A stretch of 64,000 bases of DNA. Origin: Octopus bimaculoides (taxonomy: Eukaryota). Under the pieces are notes generated by a model. That model ran no database searches. It worked only from the letters and a program-made list of their open reading frames with translations, and had not been told where the DNA came from. Shown here in pieces: positions 50,990-64,000 of this stretch. The stretch is taken from contig NC_069005.1 in assembly GCF_001194135.2 (NCBI RefSeq), positions 31,627,754 to 31,691,753 on the forward strand, written 5' to 3'. The stretch's first letter is position 1. Each line of letters begins with the position of its first letter. The position numbers were made by a program, and so were the translations under genes.

Positions 50990-51030
50990 NNNNNNNNNNN
51001 NNNNNNNNNNNNNNNNNNNNNNNNNNNNNN

Positions 51031-51258
51031 TGGTTTGACACTATAAAGGTCAAAAGTACAGAGTTTAGTAGTTAAACCCCTAGTTATTGGGTTATTGGGA
51101 CAATCATTTTATGAAGAGAACACCTGTACTGGTTCTATTTCACTTCAGTTTTAATTATTAGACATACAAATCTGTAAATTTAATCAACTGATTAATTCAT
51201 TTGTTGAAATCCTTTCATTGCAGCCTGTAATTGGAGAACTTTGACAAACCAATTAATC
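51031..51258. repeat. 228-bp exact duplicate of 53568-53795
   Basis: Identical sequence; one copy starts at a gap edge and the other ends at a gap edge. Confidence 0.95.
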
Positions 51259-52922
51259 AATCAATTACTTGGTTGACTGATTAAATAATTTATAGATTAA
51301 TATGGTGATTAATTGATAATAAAACTGAGGGGAAATACAACCATTGGCTGAATGGCCTTCTCAGAGTACAACAATGTTTGAACTCATGATTTTGTGACCA
51401 AAATCTAGTAAAATAGAGAGAACTTTGTAATTATACAACCCTACCTGCTCCTACACACACACACACACGCACACACATGCATGCATGCATGCTCTTTTAC
51501 CCATTTCAGTCATTTGACTGCAGACATGCTAGAGCACTGCCTTAAAGGGTTTTACTCAAAGAAATCAACCCCAGGACTCATTTTTTGTAAGCCTAGTACT
51601 TATTCTATCAGTCTCTTTTGCCAAACAGCTAAGTTATAAGAACATAAACACACTAACATCAGTTGTCAAGCAATGGTGGGGGGAACAAAGCTCTTTGAAA
51701 TTTTTGAGGATGAATTTGGTCTTGTGTCAGCAAGTCTAAATAGGTTCATTTCTTGTATTTAAGATTGGCATAGAATTGTGGAGGAAATAGATCTTTCTGT
51801 GAAGTAGGGATAATATGACTATGATTTATTGTTAAATACTGCATCTTATCTAACATTACCCAAGGGATGCTACCAGTCTCTTGTCTTTAATTTCCAAATG
51901 TACTTTGAAAGTGATGTGGTATTTATTTTATAATTGATGAGGATATGACAAGCAGTTGTGCTGGTGCAGATGACTCTTAAAGGAACAGTAAAGGCAACAG
52001 CCTTGCTTATGATGTAAATGTTAGCACCACTAACCTTACCAGTCTTCTATTAATGTCTCACACAGCAAATTATTACATCATGGTGTGTGTGTGTGTGTGT
52101 TGACTTAGGTATTTGTATGCAACATACTGAAAGTAGAAATGACAACTAACTTCTGGAAAAAGATGTTAAGATTTATAAAGATTTACAATTTACTTTGGAC
52201 GTATTTATGGCACAGAGGTTTGGGGCAGGAGTAAGAATCAAGGCAGAATGTCAAGAAATGCCCTGTCATAAGTCTGGTTGAAGGGGTTGAAGAAAGTTTA
52301 ATAAAAAAAAAAAGCCTGTCATTTGAGTTTTGACAGGACAAAGTAATTTATTGAAGCAACAGTAGTTTGTCTACAGTTTGAGCTAAATTGATTTGTATAA
52401 AGTTTGAAATAAAATAGTGATGTTAGAATTGTGATTGCAAAATTTGTAATTTGTTGTTGCTGTTGTTGTTGTTGCTGTTGTTGTTGTTGTTGTTGTTGTT
52501 GTTGCTCATGACAACTTTGGTCAAGGAGACCAAAACCATTCCAGTCATGACTGCCTCGTCTTTTACAGGGATATCTAGAATTACATTAACCTTGTCCTTT
52601 TCTTATTAAAAAAGGTGATGACGTATTATTCAAGGGTGACTTCATTCACATGCATTTCTAGCATATCAAGCTACCACACAGAGGTTTCATTATTCCCATC
52701 GTTTTGAATTAGTCATGTATTATCTTGTAGCTTCAAGATCTTGATGATGTTGTCGCTGTCGTCGTCGTCGTCATCATCATCATCATTTAACGTCCATTTT
52801 CCTTGCTGACATGGGTTAGATGGTTTAACTGGCACTGGTGGTAGTGACGACGATGACGACAACGACAAGGAGGAGGAGGAGGATAGGTTGAGTGATCTGG
52901 AATGACAGGTAAAGTTGTGGAA

Positions 52923-52972
<50 letters not shown>

Positions 52973-55172
52973 ATCATTCACTACTAAACACACACATTGC
53001 GCATTTGTGTGCATGATAAATATCACTTCTCTACAGTTCAAAATGCATGTGTATATGTGTATACAAACAAGCTTGCATGCATGTATGCATATATATGTAC
53101 ATACGGTCATATGTATGTGCATACAAGTGTTATGAAGAAAATAGGAATGGTCAGAAAATAATTTTTCTTTTTCTGCAAAAAACTGAATTAGCTGATTGGT
53201 AATCAGTGCTATTTCACTGAAGACTCTCTGTTGGCAATCTATGGGAATGGTCCAATTAATTTAAAGATTTGGGATTTTGGAATTAAGTAATCTCTGTGTT
53301 CTTTTTGTAATGATTTCAGTAACTGGTCTGAGGCCATGCTAGAGCACTGCTTTTCAGAGTTTTCATTGGCTAGTCTTGCCTTCATATACTCTTTGTTGAA
53401 TTAAAATCATCTTAGGGCATGTGGGTTTAAGTGGGTGTGGTACTTAGCTTATCTTATTGTTTACAATTTATTCATGCAGGTAGAACTTTGTAAACAAGTC
53501 AATAAGTGTTTCTCTTTTGTTCGGGAGGCTCAAGGTGTGACAGTATTTTTGCTGTTTTTGGTCTTATTGGTTTGACACTATAAAGGTCAAAAGTACAGAG
53601 TTTAGTAGTTAAACCCCTAGTTATTGGGTTATTGGGACAATCATTTTATGAAGAGAACACCTGTACTGGTTCTATTTCACTTCAGTTTTAATTATTAGAC
53701 ATACAAATCTGTAAATTTAATCAACTGATTAATTCATTTGTTGAAATCCTTTCATTGCAGCCTGTAATTGGAGAACTTTGACAAACCAATTAATCNNNNN
53801 NNNNNNNNNNNNNNNNNNNNNNNNNNNNNNNNNNNNNNNNNNNNNNNNNNNNNNNNNNNNNNNNNNNNNNNNNNNNNNNNNNNNNNNNNNNNNNNNNNNN
53901 NNNNNNNNNNNNNNNNNNNNNNNNNNNNNNNNNNNNNNNNNNNNNNNNNNNNNNNNNNNNNNNNNNNNNNNNNNNNNNNNNNNNNNNNNNNNNNNNNNNN
54001 NNNNNNNNNNNNNNNNNNNNNNNNNNNNNNNNNNNNNNNNNNNNNNNNNNNNNNNNNNNNNNNNNNNNNNNNNNNNNNNNNNNNNNNNNNNNNNNNNNNN
54101 NNNNNNNNNNNNNNNNNNNNNNNNNNNNNNNNNNNNNNNNNNATATACACACACATACACACACACACATGTTATTTCCATCTTTTCAGCGTATTGTAAA
54201 TCTGTAGATAAAATTAGGGTACTTGGGTATGCCTCTATATGTGTGTGTGTGTGTGTATGTGTGTTGTGTGTGTGTGCATATGTATGCATGTATGTATGTA
54301 TGTATGTATGTATGTACATATGTATGTATCTATGTATGTATCTATGTATGTACATATGTATGTATCTATGTATGTACATATGTATGTACCTATGTGAGTG
54401 TTTCTTGGTATTTATTCATCCCTGCCATCACTGCTTGACAACCGGTGACGGTGTGTCTACGTCCCCTGATTTCAGCAAAAGAGTATGATAGAATAAGTGC
54501 TAAGCTTAAAAAAAATAAGCCCTGGGGTTGATTTGTTTAACTAAAAACCCCTTCCAGGCAGTGCTCCAGCATGACCACAGTCAAATGGCTGAAACAAGTA
54601 AGACAATAAAAGAATAAAGGATACAAATACAACACCTAATAATTGTGGACATTGTAAAATTGTAAACCTGCCCTACACATTCAAAGGTAAATATTAAAAA
54701 AAAACCCCACCATTTTATATTTATGTTCAGGGCATTGAGCAAAACAAATAATAAAAAGAATATATTGTTATAAAGGTCAGTTATCCTATGTTTATGAATA
54801 TTTCATAGAAAATCAATTAGGAAAGAGAATGTTTATAGACAAATGTTTAACCACCTTCAAATTATTCACCCTGTTTACGAATTAACATCTGTGCATCTGT
54901 CATTCAGGAAGTTTATGTGAATCAGGGAGTTGTATTAATGGTGAACAGATGGTATTGTTAGGCAAAGAAGAAAAAGTAGAAGAAAAAAGAGACTGGCGGG
55001 CATGTTTTCTGAAAATGCAGTTTGTATGCAAAATAGTGAAAATATGCAAGACATTCATGAATTTAGTTTGTAATTCTGTAAGATTGCTGCCTCCTAAATT
55101 CCAGGTAGTTCAAGCATTTGGTTTCTTGAGTAGGAGACAACACCACTGAAAGAAGTCAAAAACAATACACAT

Positions 55173-55215
<43 letters not shown>

Positions 55216-55334
55216 ATATGGAGGAAATAAGTATGATCTTGGCTTATAGCAAACACCTCTTGCTAAAGAACAGTTTGTTTCATTTCATGAACTGTCTCTT
55301 TTGGTGGTGCTAAAAGACAGAATCTCATATGGGG

Positions 55335-55372
<38 letters not shown>

Positions 55373-56374
55373 AATATAAAAGGGAGAGAGATCTTTTGTA
55401 TGTCTGATAGTACTTTGTATCACTACAAGGCCACCATTTGAACATTTGAACCTGCAACAAAAATATGGCTGTCATCTTTGGACTGATGTCTCCCCTGGTT
55501 GTCTTGTCTGATCAAATTCAGAATTGAATTCTTAAAATAGCAGATCCTCTTCTTTCTGCAAGGTTGGAGTCTTTTGGTTTCAGTTCCTGGACTGGGTGAT
55601 GCCTTGTGTTTTTTGAGCAAAACACATTCCTTCAGTCCACTTGGCTGGCAAAGATGTATAATCCTGCAATGGAGTGGCATCCCATCCAGGTGGAAAATAT
55701 ATATACCACAGGATTCAGGAAACCAGCTTTATGAGTCTTTGGCTTCCAAAGGACCTTTGATCTTTTTTTTTTTTTTATATAGATATTTAGGCATCTTGAT
55801 TGTTACAGTCACAATATTTTGGCCATTGTACTTTTGCAGTTTCCTTCAGATGTCTATTGGATTTGATAATATTTTCAGCTGGTGCTCCAGCATAACTGCA
55901 GCTCTTGAGCTGAAGCTTGTCAAAGAGTTAAAGAATTATAGAGTAATGTCTCGATATATGAGTTAACTCGTTCCCAGAGACCGCTCATAAAGCAAAAAAC
56001 TTGTCAAGCAGAGCAATAATTTCCCATAGTGGCAATGTTATAAATCGTATTTTGTTCTCAGAAAATATTTTACCTATAAAATTTATAATCCTCATAAATA
56101 AATGGCAATAAGACAACAGTAAAATGTAAAGAATATTTCATGCAAAGTAAAAAGAATGTCAAAATCATTTATAATGAAAAAATAATATTATAATCATTTT
56201 CTGAATCACTTTTACTCACACTAGACTTGTGCACACCCCCACTTGTAGACATGATCGTTGATTCACAAGCACAAGACGAGATGAGGACAAATATCCGTCA
56301 AATGTAAATAATGTAAATAATGTACATAATTCCTCATCTCTTAAATATAGAACTATATAGAACTATATCAGATG

Positions 56375-56820
56375 TTTGGACAAAATTGAGCAAAAGATTG
56401 TGAGCCACGTTTTGGTTCTGTTTTTTTACACAAGAAGAATAAGTTTACATTCTTTAGTAATGTCACAAAATTTCAATGTCTCATCCTTAATCTTTTTGAT
56501 AGTATTTCAGGAAACTAGTCTAAAGATATCAGTTTATAATAACAGTACTTCTTCATTGTAAAAAATCTGACAAAATTAAGCGAACGACTGTGAACCCAAT
56601 TTTGATTCTCTGTTTACCCATGGAAAATTCTTTTAGGTTCTTAAGTAAATGTCACAAAATTTCTACAGCCCATCCTTAACCTTTTTGCTAGCCACCCAGG
56701 AAACTAGTCTAAATATATCAGTTTATAATGATGGCAATTCCTCATTGTAAAAAATCTGACAAAATTTAGCAAAGGCTGTGAACCACTTTTCGATTCTTTG
56801 TTTACATGAGAAGAATCAAT
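56375..56820. repeat. ~190-bp tandem repeat, about 2.4 diverged units
   Basis: aatgtcacaaaatttc..caggaaactagtctaaa.atatcagtttataat..cattgtaaaaaatctgacaaaatt is repeated. Confidence 0.85.
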
Positions 56821-57522
56821 GTTTTATTGCAATCTCATGAAATCTCAATGGTCCATTCCTTAGCCCTTTTAATACTATTCCACTTGAGACTGCCTCTCAT
56901 TCTGAGATACAAAACAGGCCATTTTGAAGTGTTTATGTGTATATTTAAGTCTCCTTTCATAATTTTATCAAAGAATTTTTTCCTTAAGTTATGTAATTTT
57001 GATGCAAATTGTCTAACTCACAATAGCAATCCACCTGAGACTATGATTTTATGATACAAGCTGTTTTAAAATAACCTAAATTAAAATTTTTCATTAAAAT
57101 TTCATGTTAATTTATATTCTAAGCAATAACTAAATAAGGACAAAGTTGTTTCAATTAATTTTTCATTATTTCCAAAATTAATTGAAACAAAATCAGTGTA
57201 TTTCAACAGAAATATGGTCACAAAAGTGTTAAACATTGCAAAACTCTATCATTCTATATGTTCTGTATTTCACCTGAAATTACCCCTGGTGCAATGATGC
57301 ACTCTTTTTGTCTTGCAGTGATCTGACTTAAAGCCTTCTTCCATCAAAATATGTTAATTTCTGTTCCAGTCAAAAGTTTAACCAATTTGAATTCAGGTTA
57401 CTCTGTCAAATATAATGCTTATTTTATTCACATTGTTTTGAATTAATCATGCATTGTCTTGTAGTTTTAAAGATTTCAATGATGTGATGGTTTATTTTTA
57501 GAATGACACTGTTAGGTTGGTG

Positions 57523-57850
57523 AAGGCATGTGGTTTGGTGGTTAGAGCATCACAATCATGAGGTAGTGAGTTCGATTCCCAGACCAGGCTGTGTGTTATG
57601 TTCTTGAGCAAAACTTTTCATTTCACATTGCTCCAGTTCACTCTGCTGTAGAAATGAGTTGTGGCATCACTGGTGCCAAGCTGTATTGGCCTTTGCCTTA
57701 CCCTTGGATAACATTGGTGGCATGGAGAGGAGAGGCTGGTATGCATGGCCTGGTATGCATGTCAATACATGTATCTGTGATCACGAGTAGGAATAGTAGG
57801 AGAGCATCATAGCCATGTGTTGAGAGGGATTCTTTGGGGTTTGAATAAAT
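57523..57850 (+). mobile_element. tRNA-head SINE (full length)
   Basis: A-box-like tggtggttagagc and B-box gagttcgattccc followed by the family body. Confidence 0.8.
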
Positions 57851-60800
57851 GTAACAAAATCAAAATTTGAAGGAAATATTAGCCATTTTTCATACTCCCT
57901 AGGAGTCAGAAAATAAGAAATAGCAGTTGCTACCCAAGGACAGAAATCGTGTTAGTGTAATTGATAGTACAGGGCTCCTAGTTCTATATTTACTACCCTC
58001 CTTCTTTGTCAACCAAATTTGGGACCGGTTAAGGCAGAGTTATTCAAAACACGAGAATTATTTTAATTGGTAGAAGTTACAGAAGTTAATTGGCCCTTTA
58101 AGTCATTTTATAATTTCTGCCAATGAAACTAATCCTTTCTACTATAGGCACAAGGCCTGACATTTTTTTTTAGTGGGGTGGTAAGTCAATCATATTGACC
58201 CCAGTATATAACTTGTACTTATTTCATTGACCCTGAAGGGATGAAAGGCAAAAAAAAAAAGAAAAGAAAATTCCACCGAGATCAACTTTGTCTTTCATCC
58301 TTTCAGGGTTGATAAAATAAGTACCAGTTACACGCTAGGGTTGATGTAATCAACTTACCTCCTCCTCCAAAATTTCAGGCTTAGTGCCTATAGCAGAAGG
58401 ATTATTTTAATTGGTAGAAGTTACAGAATGACTAAAGATCCAAGAGCCAATTTGTAACCTACATCAATCCTAGTACTTGACTGGTACTTTGTTTTATCCA
58501 CCCTGTAAAGATGAAAGGCAAAATTTACCTCAGCAGAACTTGAACTCAGAATGGGAAGAGATGAAATGCTGTTAAGCATTTAGTCCAATGCACCAATGAT
58601 TATGCCAGCTTGCTGCTTTAATAATAATAATGACAATCCTTTGTACTCTAAGTATAAGGCCTGAAATTTTGGTGGGAGGGGTCAAGTCATTTACATCAAC
58701 CCCAGTGCTCACCTGGTACTTATGTTTTGAACCCGGAAATAGTGAAAGACAAAGATGACCTGAGCAGAATTTGAATTCAGAACCAAAAGAAATGCCACGA
58801 AGCGTTTTGTCCAATGTGGTAACAATTCTGCTAGCTTGTCATAATATAATATAATATTATTTTATACTATATACATATGTATGACAGATTTTAGACAGTT
58901 TCTAGTTTCTGTTTACCAAATTCCACTCTCAAGATACTGGTCAACCTGAGGTTACAATAGTAAGCATATGTCCAAGGTATTGTGCTACCGTGCCACGGGA
59001 TAATGGGATTGAACCTAGAACCATGCGGTTGCAATTTGTACTCTGTAACCAGATGACTATACCTGTAGTGACATGTTTTAAACTCTAAGTTTTAGTGTAA
59101 CATGTCTGGAATGGTATTTAGAAGATTGCTTCACTGACAAAATTTGAAGCAAGCTATTGTTTTAAAAGAGTTGGAGTCTTTGAGGCAACGAAGAAGGTAC
59201 CATATTGTTGATAGATCTGCTAGCAACAGCAGCCAAATCACCTTCAAATTACACTCTCTCCTCTTGAGTGTTCAGTGTATCTTGGTTGCATAGGTTTATT
59301 GAAGGAGAGCTGATCTAATATTTTCAATAGCAGCAGAAATACAAGCGCATGGTAATTTAACCTAGATATTATTCAGGCAAGTTAAAACCAGCATTATTAG
59401 TGTAGTAATGAAACAATATTAATTTATTAACACTACCAATCATTAACATTAATTTAACCTGATTTTGGCAAGTAAGGGTAATAACTCTGCAGATGTTTCA
59501 GTGTTATTAGACCTCTTCAGAGTATAGCCTATTCTGTGCTTGCTAGATTAGTGACGATAAAATTACTGTATTGATGTGCAATAATTTACATAATTAGGTA
59601 TGAAAAAAAAATCTTTTTCTGTTGGTTTTCAAAAACAAAAATTGTTTATTTATGCAACTCACGTTTTTATTTTATTTCAATATAGTTGACAATGAAGATT
59701 GAAACAAAGAAACAGAAACGTTTCTGAATTTTTGTTCTTATTTATGTGTGAAACATTACCCACCTATGGGAATTTAAAAATATCAAGTATTCAAGCCAAA
59801 TTGATACAATATGGCTGGCTGCAAATTTGAAATTAAATGCCAGGCAACTGAAAATGCTTTAGCTAATTCCAGCATACTCTAGTTTAGCAAGGCTTGAGTC
59901 AAAAGCTAGTATTTTTCTCTTGAAAATAGACATTTTTGGTACAAATAGAAAATTGGAATATGACCCAATATTATAAAATATAACGGTTAGGTAGGTTTAA
60001 TTTGAAAGGGAAACCAAGTAAAAAAAAAATATTGTCTTGACTTATTGTTTGCTACAGTATTTTATGTCAGCCATGTTGTTTATGGAAGTCTTTCGACTAC
60101 GCTACAATTATAACTTAGTATTGATAAAAATATATATCGAAGAACTGCTCTCACTTGCTTTTACGGCGAGTTTGTGAATTAAAGAAATATTCGACATTAA
60201 ATCTCATCGATAAACAACAAGTGATTAAATCTTCGTTTAATACCTTACAACACAGTACGATTATTGCGCAAACCGGAAGCTAGTCAGAATAGAGGAGGGA
60301 ACTCCTATGGACGAATATTTACGTCGCTACGCTCTTGTGTGTTTTGGATGATTACTGTAAGTTTTTAGCAAGATTTTTGCATTTTTATCGTTGCTGATAT
60401 GTACAATGTTAAAAATCATTCACTTTGTAGCATTTATTCACCGATGCAGTACCGTGTTGTGAATAAACATAGCAATGTCGATTCTTTATTTCAATTACCA
60501 TCGACTACGATTGTTCTGACTAATATGGCGTCGGCTTTCTTCGCGCTGTTCAACACAATTCGGCAGCTGCATGTTTATGGTAGATTGCTTCGCTTCGTGA
60601 AATTTGTGTTATGTTGACTATATTTATGCCGAATTCTTAGATTTTAAACATCTTTAACACCTTTGATATTCGTGAATATTTTCGTGATTGCTATCAATGG
60701 CTGGTTCTTGTTGACTTTCGAACAAGACCAGAACCGTGTATTTAATGTACAATGACTGATTCCTTTTCGGTTCTTTTGCACATGTTTAACAGCAATCTGA

Positions 60801-61983
60801 TATTAATTGTGTATTTTCTGGCATGTGTGTATTCGTTTTGTGAACTATTTAGAAGATTATCGAACGATTTCACATGTTCTCTTTTACGCAAAATGCCTAT
60901 GAATCATTATATCTCTTTAACATAAAATTTGCACGCTGTCTTTTAGAACAATGGAAACAAAAGTCGATATTTTCAGTGCCATGTACTTTCTGAACGTGAA
61001 CACGGTCGATTTTTCGTGATTTATAAACATTTCGACACTAAATTTTATTAAAAATTCCTTTTCCGTTTAATCTTATTTGTTCTCATTTTCGTATTCATTC
61101 ATTATACATTGTAACGATCTTGATCGAAGGCTTGTTTCAATTTCAGTATATTGGACATTTGTATTCGAAACCGATTCGTATAACATTACTGTTTAGTACA
61201 TTTGTATTGTAATTGCCAAAACATTCCAACCAGTTTGTTTAGGAATTTCAATTCCTTTGCCTTTCTTCGCTGTTTATCGATGCAGTACGGTTTGATTTCA
61301 ATTCAACATGGAACGGTTTTGAGGTCAACTATTTTATCTGTCAATGTGGACATTATGAGGCAATACGATCGGTAACGTGGATGCGGACAATGTCGAAAAA
61401 TGTTTGAATTTAAAGCCGTTTTTGAAATGGTTCTCGTTCTTTTATTAACCTAGTTCTTTCTTTTTTTCTTAAGGGCGGGGGTTGATATTCTAACGGCTTC
61501 GTTTTATTTACTTCCATGCATTCTTTTGTATCACCAAACGTTTCTGCTTCTAAAGACATTTTTCTTTTCACGAAGGAAAATGTTCGCATGCTTTATATAT
61601 ATATATGTTCAGGAGTATAAACTCAGAGTAACGACTGTGTGAATTATCAGATTTATATACATATTTAAATATATAATGTAGTTGAAGCTGATTGTATTGA
61701 TATATGTATATTTATTGGGGATTTGTCTTGAAGCTTTTCGATTTAACTTTTTCTATTTGGGTCAAATGTTTTCCTGTGCTTTTCGCTAATTATGGAACAA
61801 AGCTAATGTTCTTCAATTTCACAAACGTTACTTCCCAAAATATAACGTGTACATTTCACAAATTTTACATGTCATTCGAATCGGTAATCGTTGTATTTAC
61901 GATGTTTACGTGTCGTTTTCTTTTTGTTTGTTTGTTTTCTTCTCGAGAACTGATTTAGACATCGGCGAAGATCGCTCGATATA

Positions 61984-62032
<49 letters not shown>

Positions 62033-63061
62033 NNNNNNNNNNNNNNNNNNNNNNNNNNNNNNNNNNNNNNNNNNNNNNNNNNNNNNNNNNNNNNNNNNNN
62101 NNNNNNNNNNNNNNNNNNNNNNNNNNNNNNNNNNNNNNNNNNNNNNNNNNNNNNNNNNNNNNNNNNNNNNNNNNNNNNNNNNNNNNNNNNNNNNNNNNNN
62201 NNNNNNNNNNNNNNNNNNNNNNNNNNNNNNNNNNNNNNNNNNNNNNNNNNNNNNNNNNNNNNNNNNNNNNNNNNNNNNNNNNNNNNNNNNNNNNNNNNNN
62301 NNNNNNNNNNNNNNNNNNNNNNNNNNNNNNNNNNNNNNNNNNNNNNNNNNNNNNNNNNNNNNNNNNNNNNNNNNNNNNNNNNNNNNNNNNNNNNNNNNNN
62401 NNNNNNNNNNNNNNNNNNNNNNNNNNNNNNNNNNNNNNNNNNNNNNNNNNNNNNNNNNNNNNNNNNNNNNNNNNNNNNNNNNNNNNNNNNNNNNNNNNNN
62501 NNNNNNNNNNNNNNNNNNNNNNNNNNNNNNNNNNNNNNNNNNNNNNNNNNNNNNNNNNNNNNNNNNNNNNNNNNNNNNNNNNNNNNNNNNNNNNNNNNNN
62601 NNNNNNNNNNNNNNNNNNNNNNNNNNNNNNNNNNNNNNNNNNNNNNNNNNNNNNNNNNNNNNNNNNNNNNNNNNNNNNNNNNNNNNNNNNNNNNNNNNNN
62701 NNNNNNNNNNNNNNNNNNNNNNNNNNNNNNNNNNNNNNNNNNNNNNNNNNNNNNNNNNNNNNNNNNNNNNNNNNNNNNNNNNNNNNNNNNNNNATATTAA
62801 CTTCGTATGGTTTTTCTCTCTTTATTCTCCGATTTAGAAATGTAATAAGTCAGAGTTCTTCGTTTGCAGATGAACGGGTGGAGGAGAAAAAATTCGTGTA
62901 CTGTTTGAAAAAAAAAATCTCTTAAAACATAGTTAAATGTTCAGAATATATAATATAAACAGAAAAGAAAACAAAAACAAACATGCATGCTTTGTGTCAC
63001 TAAATATTACTCCCTTAAATGTTTTTCTTCCACGAAACACATATTTGTATGTATTTGTCTT

Positions 63062-63298
63062 CAGTGGTTTTCAACTATTCTTTACCAATGGACTCTTTCG
63101 ATTCCTATTTTACTCAGGTGTACCCCCCAAGTCATTCAATATTATATTTCTTATAATTAGATATAATTAGGAATTAAAAAAAAAAATTGTTAAAATATTT
63201 TGTGTATTGTAGAAGTAAAACCAATTTATTGCACCAGAATTTCAACCAAATATCATATGGACCCTCAAAGGTCACTCAGACCTTGGTTAAGAACCACT
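63062..63298. mobile_element. hAT/Charlie-type MITE
   Basis: Termini CAGTGGTTTTCAAC ... GGTTAAGAACCACT match hAT-Charlie TIRs. Confidence 0.75.
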
Positions 63299-63740
63299 TG
63301 TCTGTGTTCAGATAGATGCCACTGACCACTCTGAGATATTCTTTTTCACTCATTTTTGTTTAAACTATGCAAATTATCTAGGATCTAGATTCTAGGTCAA
63401 GATGTGTTCTCTTTTGTGTATGTCTAATATTCTTTGTTGCTAGAGATAAGGTTGGTCAGTTGTTCTGATAATGTCTACTGAAACAGAAACAGGTGCCCAC
63501 AACTGTCCTCTTATCGCCAGACAATAAACTTGTCCTTTTCTTTGATGACATGCCAACTTAGGAAAATTCTTGAGTCTTACCTGATATAGAGCTAGTCTTA
63601 ATTGTCATTGGACTAGTCTTTCAATCAGGGGGAATCTTGGCCTGCTTGCCTAGCCAGCAGGGTGCCATCATTTGTAAGCTAAAATGATGCAAAGCGCATT
63701 GTGACCAGCAATGTATAACAACATCTTGTTGATCATGTGA

Positions 63741-63769
<29 letters not shown>

Positions 63770-63771
<2 letters not shown>

Positions 63772-64000
63772 CATCATCATCATCGTTTAACGTCCGCTTT
63801 CCATGCTAGCATGGGTTGGACGATTTGACTGAGGACTGGTGAAACCGGATGGCAACACCAGGCTCCAGTCTGATTTGGCAGAGTTTCTACAGCTGGATGC
63901 CCTTCCTAACGCCAACCACTCAGAGAGTGTAGTGGGTGCTTTTACGTGTCACCCGCACGAAAACGGCCACGCTCGAAATGGTGTCTTTTATGTGCCACCC
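63770..64000 (-). mobile_element. Young RTE-tail SINE/LINE 3' end with (GAT)n tail
   Basis: Nearly identical to 22465-22588 and retains its CpGs. Confidence 0.8.

Noticed and set aside
7225-58840. tRNA-like A/B-box sequences as tRNA genes
   Set aside because: All are heads of multi-copy SINEs, continuing into shared SINE bodies without complete cloverleafs.
11966-62925. Long ORFs in the track running through X stretches (e.g. 16619-17164, 21520-22346, 33520-34545, 49072-49903, 53729-54488, 61847-62925)
   Set aside because: Artefacts of N-gaps and adjoining (CA)n/(TA)n microsatellites; no coding signal.
63062-63117. cag|...MDSFDSYFTQ|gt as a plus-strand coding exon
   Set aside because: Lies within a hAT MITE; the CAG is the TIR start.

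Overview
AT-rich, microsatellite- and transposon-dense animal genomic DNA from a gapped draft assembly. The SINE/MITE repertoire suggests an octopus or other coleoid cephalopod (inference). Three spliced protein-coding genes can be rebuilt by hand. (1) An AGTRAP-like gene (+, 891-10244; first exons lie upstream of the window). (2) XXYLT1 (+, two coding exons, 17643-21684, 397 aa). (3) An SLC15A4-like POT/PTR2 transporter (-, seven visible exons, 45693-35037; start codon and last exons not visible, probably in gaps). The main finding is in AGTRAP: two paralogous short exons (3859-3895 and 5618-5648) are frame-locked as mutually exclusive. Each has a U2-type acceptor and a U12-type donor (GTATCCTT), and both would splice to one U12-type branch site/acceptor (TTCCTTGAC, 9190-9210). 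This is the major/minor spliceosome-incompatibility design known from vertebrate JNK genes. The upstream intron has a GC donor and a candidate 5-nt microexon. The rest is SINEs, TTAA-flanked and hAT MITEs, LINE remnants (RTE, CR1-like, R4/Dong-like, Penelope), hairpins and microsatellites. No rRNA, tRNA or CRISPR features were found. All calls are by-eye readings without database searches.
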